NCBI GenBank assembly: GCA_017610175.1
Contig: JAFCCO010000008.1
Location: 1 to 55,377 of the forward strand
Direction of reading: 5' to 3'
DNA: 55,377 nucleotides
Source of the DNA: Candidatus Iainarchaeum sp.
Lineage (GTDB): Archaea; Iainarchaeota; Iainarchaeia; Iainarchaeales; GCA-2688035
Shown here: positions 36,138 through 45,595 of the stretch, piece by piece
Position numbering within the stretch: position 1 is the stretch's first letter
How the letters are laid out: every line of letters begins with the position of its first letter
Notes under the pieces: model-generated
What the model saw: only the letters and a program-made list of their open reading frames with translations
Told to the model about the DNA's origin: nothing
Database searches by the model: none
Program-made: the position numbers and the translations under genes

Positions 36138-39100
36138 GAGACTTACCCCTTTCTATGCCGTTTCTTGCAACCATAATTACTGCAAGCAGTGATGCAATGA
36201 AGAGGAACATTGCAACCGGGTTTTCAGGCAATGAAGGCAGGTTGAACGGCATTGAGTCCCCTGAACCAATTTGGACACTGAGGTTGTTTCCGGATGGGTT
36301 TGTGGAAACTCTTCCATCAGCCCCAACAGCCGTGTTGAAACCGTTTTGCTTAAATGCCTCAATCAGCGGGATGAGCTGTGCGTTTTCAGGATACCAGTGC
36401 CCTGTGTTCGGGTCATACCAGAAGCTTCCGTTCGGGCCCTGTGCGGTCCTCAAAACCTCGGGCGCCTGCCCGTTGTATGAAAGCGTTGGTGTGCCGTCGT
36501 CGGCATTAAAGTCAAGGGTGTGCTCTTTCCCGTCTGCGGTCTTGAACTTTATTCCGTCAGGGGTGTTCTCAATCGGGCCCACTATCGGCTGGTCATACAC
36601 TTCCCCCGTCTCCTTGTTGATTATCTTAACACGGTCCTCGCAGGTGCCGTCTTCCAGCATCTCACTGTAGAACAAAAAGCGGTATTTGTCCGTATCAAAT
36701 ACCTGGAACGGGCCCATCTTTTCAAGGGAGTCGTTTAGGTTGCCAACCCTTTCCTCAATTGCCGGACTCCCAGGAATTGGCAGGGCCTCAAGGTTTATTG
36801 CGGGCTCCGGACAGTCTGTTTCCGGATTCTTAACAGTTGTTGGGGTTGCATTAAGCCCTTCAATGTCTGACTTCTTCCCGATTGCTTTTGAGTGCCTTTT
36901 AAGCCAGACCAATAGCTCGTGTGTTTCAGGCTTGTAAATTATTACCCCATTCTTGAACTGCACACTTTGCATCTGGCCAACCGGTGCGTCCTCTCCGTTT
37001 GCAAGGTTGGTTTGCATGTTTGCGAGAATAATTGCCCTTGCGCTGGAGCCGTGTGCAATTCTTCTGGGGCTTCCTGTGGCAACAATCAAATTGTTTATTG
37101 AATCTGTTGAAACATTGTGGGTTGTTGTGCGGATTGCTTCAACTTCCCCAAATGCCTCGGTAATGTTTCCGGTAATCATTCCAACCCCTGTTTGTTCCTC
37201 AACATTTTGGGTTATGCAGTTTAGGACCTCGGGTTCAAGAACGGTGAATTCCCCTGTTATGCTCATTTCAAACAGCGGGGCTTTGCTATTGGTTGGCAGG
37301 CCAATTTGCCCGATTCTCTGCGGCACTTCGTATGCCGGAATGTTTCCGTTTGGCGCCGTAAGCCTTACGTGGTCCTTGCTTGTTATGACCGGCTTGTCAT
37401 TTACAAGAATCTTTCCGGCTTCAGTGTCAATTTCAAGCTTGATGTCTGTTTCGGGGTCCACAATAAGTGTCTTTGTTTGGGTATCATATTTGGACACGTT
37501 TGTTTCGCCCTTGAACCAGAAGAAGAACAATTCCCTTGCATAGAGATCCCCGTCTGTTGCTCCCTTGGTTGCAACAGTTATCTGCAGCAGGGTGTTGCTT
37601 CTTTGCTTGTCCTCAAGGTTTTGCATTGTGTTTTTTACGCGGTCTGTTATTGCTTCGATGAATCCCTGGCTTTGTGCTTCAGGCCTGTCCTGCTGCCCTA
37701 TTTTATCAATGTCGTACCTTTCCTCTATTTTTTCCTCGTCCTCTGGCCTTTCCGCCCCCACCACATATCTTTGGCCTTGTGCAAATGCGGAATCATCGTC
37801 GTCATTCTCTGACTTTCCAAACAGGTTGTCGTTTACATTCCTTATTATGTCGGTTGCCTTTTCCGAGGCTTTCTGCGAACCGCTTACCTGTGTCTCCTGA
37901 TTTTCCTCGGCAGGGGCAAATATGTGCATGAAGTACCCTTCCCTGTCATCCGCACAGTTTTGGAATTGCGGTGCCCAGAGGACCTGCTGTGCCACAGAAA
38001 AAATCATTCCGCTCATGCCAAACATTACGTAGGAAAGTGATTCGGTAATTGCCATCATGGCGCCAATTCGCGCCGGGTTTTCGCCGACCCATCCAAATCC
38101 TGCATCGCGCACCTTGTCGGCGCATGTTTCCCCGTCCTTTTGCGCCTGGAACAAATCCGTTTCCTCGCTTTCCGCACCCTCAACCACTTTTCCCCTTACG
38201 TTTGTGTGATGCCCGAATGCAATCAGTGTTGAACCTTCCTCACGTGCCTCTTTCGTAAGCGCGTCCTCTAAAATAAATGAATCTATGTTTTTCAGCGCAT
38301 TGAACCTGAGCTCCAGCTCGCCCTGCCCTGTTTTCGCAATATCAGGTGTGCTGAGCAGCAGGTCTGCGGTGCAGCCTGCGCATTCGTCTCCGGTTGAGGT
38401 GAAGTATGCGATGTTTTCAACTTTCGCACGCCAGCCTCTCCCTGTCCAGCTGTCGAATGTCTCTTTCACCGGGCTGAACTTGTCTGAAATTGCGTTGAGA
38501 ACCATCTTCCACGGCAATTTGTTCAGAACCTGCCTGAAAATGTCCCCTTCATCAGAGCCGTGCTGTGCAAAGAAGTCAACAAACGCATCATTGTAAAGCT
38601 CCACATCGCCCAAATAAAATTCAAGTTCGCTCCATTCATCAGGCAGCATGTAGGCCGAAAGCCCTTCCTGCCCAAAGCCCCTTTTTGCGCCCCAATATAC
38701 ATATGGTGCAACGGTCCACTTTGCTGCCCCGCCTATGCTGCTAAAGTATGACTTAAGTATTTCCTCTTCGTGGGCAAGGGACCTGTCCAGTGCAGAGTAA
38801 TACTTTCTGCTCATTCCGGAGAAGTTCTTTTCAACAAGGGTGTCATACAGGGACTCCATGTTCTCATTGAAGTTGCTTGCAAACCTGCCTTTTACTCTGG
38901 AGTGTGTTAGTTTTGCGGCAAATTCCTCAGGAGTAAGTGAGTGGGCTTTTGCCCAGCCTGCTTCATAAACTTCCACCTTTCCAATTCCTGCCGAGCCGCC
39001 TGAAATCAGGTCAAGGTTTGTTTCATCAAGCAGCAGCCATTCACCCTTTTCTGTCTTGACCGCTTTTTGCCTCCATCTTGTAAAGTGCTTCTTCAAGTCC

Positions 39101-40845
39101 TCGATGTTAACGGTGTCAATAAACCTTGCGTTGTCGTCTATTCTGTAAAGCTGAAGGGCCCCGTCCGCGGTTGTTTCATATGCTTTGGCACCGGAAGTTG
39201 CAAGGCCCCCAAAGTCCCCTTTGTTTGAAAAATACATTCCAATGCTGTCAATGTGTTTTGAGTCGCTTGTAAGTGTAACAATCGAGTTTGCATGCGTGTT
39301 CTTTACCGCATAGGGATACATGTTTGCAAACGGGTCGCGCAGCCACCACTCTGGCGCATCAAGGTAGACTGAGTTGTCCATGTAGTTCATGAGCCTGAAG
39401 TTTGACCTTGCGGACTCAATCATTGCATGGTTTGCTTCGGCACTTCCCATCCCAAACTTCTTCATTGCAATTTCCATAACATCGTCGGTTTGGTTCATTA
39501 TGTCCCTTTGCACTCGGCTGTAGCCGCGCAAATCTTTTGCAAGCTTGAAGAGTTCACCGCGCCTTACAGGGTCCTTTATGCCATCAAGAAATCCGTTGGG
39601 TGCTGTTGCTTCAGACAGCCATTTTTTGAAGCTTGTTCCCTTAACGGCCTTGTATCCCGAGTCCCAGTTTGCATTGGTCATCATCTTGTCCCAGAAGTCC
39701 TTTCCAAGGCCAAACTTTCTTGCACGGGTAAGCATTCTTTGTGTCCTAATCTGGCCAAACCACGATTCAGGGTCCGCTAAAGTTCTTCTCATTTTTGTGA
39801 AGAGTGCTGTTTCATTGAGTTTCCACGGCCAGCCCCTTCTTGTGGCGTGGCCCAGGTAACGCTTTGCCTGCCCAAAGAGGGTTGGCCCAAAATTGCTTAC
39901 AACAAGGTCTGCCGCAAACCAGCTGTTGAAATATTTGTCAAACATGCTGTACGAGCTAATCAGGCAGTCGTTTCCGTTGCACGCCGACCCCATTGAAACA
40001 TTGAATGTGTCGGTCTTTATGTGGTTGGGGATTAGCGTGCTTGTGTCCCGCTTGAATGCGTTTGCCCTAAGCTTGTTCAGGTCTGTTTCATTGCCCATGT
40101 TCAGGCGAAGTGCGTCTGTTTGCTCTTTGGTTAATCCTTCAACCGGCTCTTCACCGGACACAAACTCTTTGAGTTCCCCGTAAATGTTTTTGAAGTCCTT
40201 GCCCACAAGCTTAAAGTCCTCTACAATTCCTTCGCCGCTGTTTCTAAGCGCAAGCTCTCCTTCGGTAACAGGGCACGGGATTCCTGCGGCCTCCATTTTT
40301 TCAGGGTCCTGGCATCGCCCCACCCGCAGTGTATCGTAAAGCGAAAGGCCTGCCGCAAACGGGCCCTTTACAAACTTTGAGGTGAAGTGCTGCATTTCCT
40401 CTGGCTTGAATTTTTTGTTTGGAATTTCCTTCAGCTGGGCTTCATTCCCCCTTCCTGTTGGAATTACAACAGCTGCCTGCGGGTTTCCAAGTGTTTCACG
40501 GTCTTCATCTGCCGGCTCAACAGAGGGAATTTCCCTGCCCTGGAATCCGTTGCCGTCAATGTTGAGTTCACGCTTTAGTTTCTCAACCTCTTTTGGGTCA
40601 AGCACCTTTTCTTCAGGATTGGTTGAGGGTGAATGGCAGTAGAAGCTTACCCTTTCCACCGTTGGTTCTGCCGGCAGGTCTTCATCTTCCCCAGCCACAG
40701 CTTCAGCATCTGCTTCTTTTTCATCCTCCTCGTCCTGCATTGAGCCTACAACCGGCTCCTGTGCAAATGCGGGGTAGAAGCTCAGGGAAAGGATTAGAAA
40801 AATCAGAAAAAAACAGGATATTTTTTTAGCAAGCAACCAAGACAC
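36124..40845 (-). CDS. 1573-aa secreted, C-terminally anchored protein of unknown function
   Basis: Signal peptide ending PAFA; paired Cys in acidic regions; internal hydrophobic segments; LPSLPENP + TM + short charged tail. Confidence 0.8.
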   Translation of the reverse strand: MSWLLAKKISCFFLIFLILSLSFYPAFAQEPVVGSMQDEEDEKEADAEAVAGEDEDLPAEPTVERVSFYCHSPSTNPEEKVLDPKEVEKLKRELNIDGNGFQGREIPSVEPADEDRETLGNPQAAVVIPTGRGNEAQLKEIPNKKFKPEEMQHFTSKFVKGPFAAGLSLYDTLRVGRCQDPEKMEAAGIPCPVTEGELALRNSGEGIVEDFKLVGKDFKNIYGELKEFVSGEEPVEGLTKEQTDALRLNMGNETDLNKLRANAFKRDTSTLIPNHIKTDTFNVSMGSACNGNDCLISSYSMFDKYFNSWFAADLVVSNFGPTLFGQAKRYLGHATRRGWPWKLNETALFTKMRRTLADPESWFGQIRTQRMLTRARKFGLGKDFWDKMMTNANWDSGYKAVKGTSFKKWLSEATAPNGFLDGIKDPVRRGELFKLAKDLRGYSRVQRDIMNQTDDVMEIAMKKFGMGSAEANHAMIESARSNFRLMNYMDNSVYLDAPEWWLRDPFANMYPYAVKNTHANSIVTLTSDSKHIDSIGMYFSNKGDFGGLATSGAKAYETTADGALQLYRIDDNARFIDTVNIEDLKKHFTRWRQKAVKTEKGEWLLLDETNLDLISGGSAGIGKVEVYEAGWAKAHSLTPEEFAAKLTHSRVKGRFASNFNENMESLYDTLVEKNFSGMSRKYYSALDRSLAHEEEILKSYFSSIGGAAKWTVAPYVYWGAKRGFGQEGLSAYMLPDEWSELEFYLGDVELYNDAFVDFFAQHGSDEGDIFRQVLNKLPWKMVLNAISDKFSPVKETFDSWTGRGWRAKVENIAYFTSTGDECAGCTADLLLSTPDIAKTGQGELELRFNALKNIDSFILEDALTKEAREEGSTLIAFGHHTNVRGKVVEGAESEETDLFQAQKDGETCADKVRDAGFGWVGENPARIGAMMAITESLSYVMFGMSGMIFSVAQQVLWAPQFQNCADDREGYFMHIFAPAEENQETQVSGSQKASEKATDIIRNVNDNLFGKSENDDDDSAFAQGQRYVVGAERPEDEEKIEERYDIDKIGQQDRPEAQSQGFIEAITDRVKNTMQNLEDKQRSNTLLQITVATKGATDGDLYARELFFFWFKGETNVSKYDTQTKTLIVDPETDIKLEIDTEAGKILVNDKPVITSKDHVRLTAPNGNIPAYEVPQRIGQIGLPTNSKAPLFEMSITGEFTVLEPEVLNCITQNVEEQTGVGMITGNITEAFGEVEAIRTTTHNVSTDSINNLIVATGSPRRIAHGSSARAIILANMQTNLANGEDAPVGQMQSVQFKNGVIIYKPETHELLVWLKRHSKAIGKKSDIEGLNATPTTVKNPETDCPEPAINLEALPIPGSPAIEERVGNLNDSLEKMGPFQVFDTDKYRFLFYSEMLEDGTCEDRVKIINKETGEVYDQPIVGPIENTPDGIKFKTADGKEHTLDFNADDGTPTLSYNGQAPEVLRTAQGPNGSFWYDPNTGHWYPENAQLIPLIEAFKQNGFNTAVGADGRVSTNPSGNNLSVQIGSGDSMPFNLPSLPENPVAMFLFIASLLAVIMVARNGIERGKSLDRA

Positions 40846-40855
40846 CTATACCTAA

Positions 40856-41395
40856 TTAACTCCAGAAAAGTAAATAAAACAACCCACCCCAAATCCAGGG
40901 AAACAAGAACAGTATAATTATCCACACAAGCAAAGCCGTTGCAAACACAGCCAGGAACTTGTTTGTGATGGGGGGAAGCTTTTGCTTTTCAGCAATCGTT
41001 TCAAGAATGTAAACCCCAAAAAACTGGAGCGGGAGTGCAAAAATTGTAAGAATCAATGCATTAAGCATAATCTTTGCCGCAAAGAACACAATTCCCAAAA
41101 CAAAATCCAAAAGGATTGGCTGCAGGGAGGCAGGGGCCTGCTGGCCTGTCAGCGGACTTTCCGCCCATCCAAGGTATAGCGGAATTGAATACAAAACCAT
41201 TATTAATAAGGAAAGGATTATGTATGTTGAAATCAGCGTGCTTTTTGCCCATGAAAGGGAGAAGCGCTCTGAAAGGTATTTGTGGATGCGTTCACCCGCA
41301 AGTACAACCACAAAGGCGGGAATTGAGACTATAAGTGAGAGGCGCAAAAGTGTGATTATTGCATTGATTGCTTCCAGAGCAATGTTTAAAGGCAT
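40856..41395 (-). CDS. Integral membrane protein (about 4 TM)
   Basis: Hydrophobic throughout; stop codon lies 10 bp upstream of the giant gene on the same strand. Confidence 0.75.
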   Translation of the reverse strand: MPLNIALEAINAIITLLRLSLIVSIPAFVVVLAGERIHKYLSERFSLSWAKSTLISTYIILSLLIMVLYSIPLYLGWAESPLTGQQAPASLQPILLDFVLGIVFFAAKIMLNALILTIFALPLQFFGVYILETIAEKQKLPPITNKFLAVFATALLVWIIILFLFPWIWGGLFYLLFWS

Positions 41396-41459
41396 GTTTA
41401 AGTTTAACTCAAAACTAGTATAAAAAGGTTCTTGGTAAGTAAAAAAGGCTGTGAATTTG

Positions 41460-42227
41460 ATGGGTGAAGATGTTCCAAGAAGGCTGAAGCGTTTCCAGAG
41501 GCAGGACGGGGCCCAGGATGAAGAACTGATTGATTTTGGCGAGCCAAGTAGGGCACAGGAACCAAACGAGGATATTGGGGAAAGCCTTTACGAGCAGTCA
41601 AAAAATACAAAGGAAGAGCAAAAAAACAAGACCATGAAGATTGCGCTCACCGAAGTGAAGAAGTTTAAGGATGAACACAAAAGGCTTCCGACAAAAAATG
41701 AATATGACGAGATTGCGGAAAGCATATTCAACCAGCTTAAGGAAAAGGAAGACAGGGAAAAGGCACAGCTGAGGGCAGAGAGAAAAACCGCCCCGCGCAA
41801 AAGGCCTGAAAGGAAAAGGGGCGGAAGAAAGGAAGAGGCTGAAGCAGAGCCCGAGCCACTGGCGGAGCCCGCAAAAAAGGACAAGGTTTCAAGCGTTCTT
41901 GGAGAGCTTAAGGGAATGGATGTTGGAGATTTGTTTGGCGAGGGAAAAAAGTCCGCAAAGAAGAAAGCGGGCGGACAAGGTGAAGAAGAGCTTGGTGAAT
42001 TGGAGGGGCTTGCTTTCGAGGGTGAAGACAAATTTTCAATGGAGGGCTTTGATGGGGAAACGGATTCCAAGCCGGTTTGCCCAAATTGCAAGGCTCCTGC
42101 AACCGATATAATTTATTGCCCGGGGTGCGGCGCAGCTTACTGCGCAAAGTGCGCAAAGAAGGTAGAGGAACTTGCCGGGAAGAAAAAATACTTTTGCCCA
42201 AAATGCGGCCAAACTGTTGACAAGTAA
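41460..42227 (+). CDS. Highly charged protein with C-terminal zinc finger (4 CxxC)
   Basis: CPNC, CPGC, CAKC, CPKC; low-complexity charged N-terminal part. Confidence 0.75.
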   Translation: MGEDVPRRLKRFQRQDGAQDEELIDFGEPSRAQEPNEDIGESLYEQSKNTKEEQKNKTMKIALTEVKKFKDEHKRLPTKNEYDEIAESIFNQLKEKEDREKAQLRAERKTAPRKRPERKRGGRKEEAEAEPEPLAEPAKKDKVSSVLGELKGMDVGDLFGEGKKSAKKKAGGQGEEELGELEGLAFEGEDKFSMEGFDGETDSKPVCPNCKAPATDIIYCPGCGAAYCAKCAKKVEELAGKKKYFCPKCGQTVDK

Positions 42228-42228
42228 G

Positions 42229-43011
42229 TCAGCAGTCATTCCACTCTGTTTCGCAAATTCTTTCCACCGGATTGCAGTTCGCATTTTTGAGTTCCAGTTT
42301 CCAGAAACAGTCGCAGTTGAACGGCTCATTTTCAATATTTCCAAGCTCAAGAGGCAGTGCGGTTGATGTCCACATTGCAAACTTTACTTCGGCATCAAAG
42401 TCGTTGTAACCACGGCCTCCGCTTGACTTTATTCTCACAAGCTGCATCCTGCTTCCCGATTCATAAACACGCCCGACATTGGTTATCAGCGGGTCGATTG
42501 TGTCCCTTTCCTTTGGCTTGCAAAGGTAAATCACTGTGTCCCCGCCTTTAACATCCACTTGGCTGCCCCTTATCCTGGGAATATTATCACCGTATTCGGT
42601 TGTGTAGAGCATAAAGAAGGCATACTCTTCCTCGCCAAGCACATAAATGTAATATATGTAGTCAAAGCTGTCCGCAAGCGGTTCCATTAGCCCAACAATG
42701 TTGTTTACAATCAAGCTGGCTGTTACATCAAACTCACCGTTGTCGGCAAAATCCTCTTTCATTGCAGCCAAAAGAAAATCAACCTCTGTTGCGTCCTCAA
42801 GTGCCTCACCCGGAATGCGTGGCGTTGAAGAGTAAAGAATTGTTTTCAAGGCAGATGTTGCGTACTCGTCACGGTACTGCAGCGCAAGCTTTTCACCTAT
42901 TGGCACGCCATAGCTTACCGCAAAGAAGAGAAGAAAAGCGCTTAGCCCGCTTACAACCAAAAGGAAGTAAATGGAATCAGTTAGTGCAGCCTGCCCTTTT
43001 TGGTTTACCAT
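42229..43011 (-). CDS. Pilin-like protein with class III signal peptide
   Basis: MVNQKG|QAALTDSIYFLLVVSGL. Confidence 0.78.
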   Translation of the reverse strand: MVNQKGQAALTDSIYFLLVVSGLSAFLLFFAVSYGVPIGEKLALQYRDEYATSALKTILYSSTPRIPGEALEDATEVDFLLAAMKEDFADNGEFDVTASLIVNNIVGLMEPLADSFDYIYYIYVLGEEEYAFFMLYTTEYGDNIPRIRGSQVDVKGGDTVIYLCKPKERDTIDPLITNVGRVYESGSRMQLVRIKSSGGRGYNDFDAEVKFAMWTSTALPLELGNIENEPFNCDCFWKLELKNANCNPVERICETEWNDC

Positions 43012-43529
43012 GCGACCACCACCAAAAGCATGGGCTTAACAAAAAAGTGCCTCTGGCCGCCATCCTCATAATCCATTTCAAGCGCTACAGGAAAGAACCT
43101 GATAATTACGGTGAAGTTTTCATAATCTATTTCCTCGCCCGGAACATTTGTGCATTCGTAAATTGCGCCGGGATCGTTTGGGTCCTCGTAAAATTCAAGA
43201 TTGGTTAAGTCAATTCCCCCAAAGTGTTCGTCCCGCTCCACCGCAAGGGGCAAAAGCCCGGCCCTAAACTTCAGCCTCTTCTGGCTCTTTGCCTCTTCAC
43301 AGCGCCCTTCGAACACAGAGTGGTTTGCAATATAGCTGTTTGACTTCAAAATTGATGCAACGCGCAAGACCGCAATGTTGTCGTCAAAACCTGTGTTTCT
43401 TGAATCAAAAATGTTCCAGGTAAATGTAAAAACAGAGAAGAAAATGGTCAGTGCAAAAACAAGGGGAATAAGGCTTGGCAAATCATCCCCAATCGGCCCA
43501 AGAAATCCTTTGCTAGATTTTCGAAACAT
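43005..43529 (-). CDS. Pilin-like protein with class III-like signal peptide
   Basis: MFRKSSKG|FLGPIGDDLPSLIPLVFALTIFF. Confidence 0.68.
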   Translation of the reverse strand: MFRKSSKGFLGPIGDDLPSLIPLVFALTIFFSVFTFTWNIFDSRNTGFDDNIAVLRVASILKSNSYIANHSVFEGRCEEAKSQKRLKFRAGLLPLAVERDEHFGGIDLTNLEFYEDPNDPGAIYECTNVPGEEIDYENFTVIIRFFPVALEMDYEDGGQRHFFVKPMLLVVVAW

Positions 43530-43535
43530 TCCAAA

Positions 43536-44177
43536 TCACTCCGGGCACGGAAGGCATGCAGACTCCTTTCCGCGCACTGACTTTATCTTATTGCATGCAA
43601 CGTCCTGAACGTTTGAAGGGCATGTTCCGCCACTGGAGCATGCGATTATGTGAAGGAAAGTGTGCCCCTCCAAAACCTCTTTTATTATGATAAATGAATC
43701 CTTTGGCATTAGGGCGGATTGCGGGTCAAGCTTTATTGAAGAGACGGAGTCATCAATGATATTCATTTCAGACGGGTTCCAATCGTAGAAGATAACCTCT
43801 GCATTCACATCAATCCTGCTTGCGGCGCGAAGCTTGGTTGGGTCTGTGCTGTCCGAAATTGCAAAGACAACACTGGTCAGGTACTCGGGATCATAGTCCG
43901 CGGGAAGACGGGCTATAAACATCAGGTAGAAAAACCGGCTTGCAGCAGACACTCCCCCAAAGTAAGAGATGTGTTTTGGAATTGTGACTTCAGTCCTAAA
44001 GCAAAGCGATTCGCTTGTAATCACATTCGCGGCCTTTTCAGCGTATGTATCAAGGGTCTGCTGTGCAGAAATGCTAATCACAAAATCAGTAATGCCAATC
44101 ATAAAGAATGCGACCATTGCAAATGTTGCGGTAACCAGAATGAGGAGATTGAGCTTGCTCAAAGTAAAGCCAAGCAT
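43536..44177 (-). CDS. Pilin-like/N-anchored exported protein
   Basis: MLGFTLSKLNLLILVTATFAMVAFF, Cys-rich C-terminus, embedded in the pilin operon; lacks a basic leader. Confidence 0.65.
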   Translation of the reverse strand: MLGFTLSKLNLLILVTATFAMVAFFMIGITDFVISISAQQTLDTYAEKAANVITSESLCFRTEVTIPKHISYFGGVSAASRFFYLMFIARLPADYDPEYLTSVVFAISDSTDPTKLRAASRIDVNAEVIFYDWNPSEMNIIDDSVSSIKLDPQSALMPKDSFIIIKEVLEGHTFLHIIACSSGGTCPSNVQDVACNKIKSVRGKESACLPCPE

Positions 44178-44183
44178 TCACAA

Positions 44184-44744
44184 TCACTCTGTTCTCCGGT
44201 AAGCGCAAATTGTTGGAAATGTGTCTGTTGCAATTGTCTTATTTATAAGCTGGTAATCCCCCTGTATTGCGCGGTCATCAAAATCGATAAGTTCAAAACC
44301 GTCCTTGGAGGCACATTTTGCGCCTGCAAATCTTTGGGGTGGAAAGATTGTTGCGGGCGGAATTTCAAGGCATTTTCTTATGCTGAAAGTCCCCTGGCCG
44401 GACGTACCTATATTGCTGTATTCAAGCAGTGTGCAAAGTTTTTTTGGCGAGCCACAGTAGTCTGCGCAAAAGCTTGGCTCATCCCAGTCGGTAATCTTGA
44501 TTTCCTCATTCCGCTCATCAAAGCATCCGCTTAGCCTTAAATTAATTCTTTGCGGGCTTTTTTGGTCCACAGCTGTTTCAAGCACTGTTTTGAATTCCTC
44601 AAGCTTTGCATCTGTTGTGCCGTAGCATTTCTGAACCCAAAGCTGGTTCATGGCCTGCATCCCTGCAAAGATTACAAAGCCCATTACTATTACTGCAATA
44701 AGAAGTTCAAACGGGGCAGACTCCTGCCCTTTTTCATTAAACAT
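44184..44744 (-). CDS. Pilin-like protein with class III signal peptide
   Basis: MFNEKG|QESAPFELLIAVIVMGFVIF; several Cys. Confidence 0.8.
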   Translation of the reverse strand: MFNEKGQESAPFELLIAVIVMGFVIFAGMQAMNQLWVQKCYGTTDAKLEEFKTVLETAVDQKSPQRINLRLSGCFDERNEEIKITDWDEPSFCADYCGSPKKLCTLLEYSNIGTSGQGTFSIRKCLEIPPATIFPPQRFAGAKCASKDGFELIDFDDRAIQGDYQLINKTIATDTFPTICAYRRTE

Positions 44745-44757
44745 TTTTTGAAGCGCC

Positions 44758-44922
44758 TCATGACGGAGCCGGAGCCGCCTTTTTGACTATCTGCTGGCTT
44801 TGCCTGAACATTGGTTTTATTACTGCAATTAGCAGAAGCGCTGCTATAATTAGCACAACCAGCATGTAAACACTGCTCCATTCGCTCTGCGCCCTTTCCT
44901 CTGAAAAAATTGCCTCAAGCAT
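44758..44922 (-). CDS. 54-aa Flp-sized pilin-like protein (below the ORF-track cutoff)
   Basis: Manual translation MLEAIFSEERA|QSEWSSVYMLVVLIIAALLLIAVIKPMFRQSQQIVKKAAPAPS*. TTTATATA on the minus strand about 27-34 nt upstream. Confidence 0.8.
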   Translation of the reverse strand: MLEAIFSEERAQSEWSSVYMLVVLIIAALLLIAVIKPMFRQSQQIVKKAAPAPS

Positions 44923-44984
44923 CCTAAGGATAAATAAGGAAAAGGAAATATATAAAGCATTCGTTTGGTGGCTATGCCTCGCTT

Positions 44985-45024
44985 AAAATAAAAAAAAAGA
45001 AAAAGAAAAGGGCTTTCACCCTTT
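44985..45024 (-). terminator. Hairpin + long T-tract terminator
   Basis: Minus strand AAAGGG-tgaaag-CCCTTT followed by a long T-rich tract, just after the stop of 45031..45552. Confidence 0.7.
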
Positions 45025-45030
45025 ATGCGT

Positions 45031-45552
45031 TTATGGGTTCTTCAAACCTACAATGCAGCATCTTCCTCTGCCATCACAGATGTCACAGTTCGTCTCCCAT
45101 TCATCAAACTTGGTGTCCTCAATGCCATCCATAAGTGCGTCCTCACTTATGTTGCATGTGACCGCAATTTTGACGTTCTGGTTTGATGTGCCTTTCCAAG
45201 TAATCCTGTGGTGTGGATCATCATCCCTGATAAGGAAACTGTCGTTGTCCTCAAAATCACCAAGGGACATGCAAATCTGGTCCTTTGAAAGCGGAACCCT
45301 TTCAGCAAGTCCTTGCGCTGAAAGTACGTATTCTGGCGTAAAAGTTACAGCTCTTGGCGTGATTTTCACTGTCTCAGGCTTGCTGTACAAGTCGTTCAAC
45401 AGCTCAATCGTTTTGTCGGAAGGATCGTCCTGAAAGATTTGAAGCACAGACCCGATTATTGGCATCAAAATCATCAAAATTGCCAGCGCAACAATTGCCG
45501 CAATAAGCAACTTGAAAGTTGAGTATGCCTGTCCTCTTTGATTTAAATGCAT
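45031..45552 (-). CDS. Pilin-like protein with class III signal peptide; candidate major pilin
   Basis: MHLNQRG|QAYSTFKLLIAAIVALAILMIL; own TATA, GGTGA SD and terminator. Confidence 0.8.
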   Translation of the reverse strand: MHLNQRGQAYSTFKLLIAAIVALAILMILMPIIGSVLQIFQDDPSDKTIELLNDLYSKPETVKITPRAVTFTPEYVLSAQGLAERVPLSKDQICMSLGDFEDNDSFLIRDDDPHHRITWKGTSNQNVKIAVTCNISEDALMDGIEDTKFDEWETNCDICDGRGRCCIVGLKNP

Positions 45553-45557
45553 AACAA

Positions 45558-45595
45558 AATCACCAGAATAAAAGAGGCGTCACCTTATATTTAAA
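45558..45595 (-). promoter_or_regulatory. TATA box and SD of 45031..45552
   Basis: Minus strand TTTAAATATA ... CTGGTGAttttgttATG. Confidence 0.6.

Noticed and set aside
44690-44881. 63-aa minus-strand ORF from the track
   Set aside because: Alternative frame of the better-supported 54-aa pilin gene and overlaps the next pilin start.
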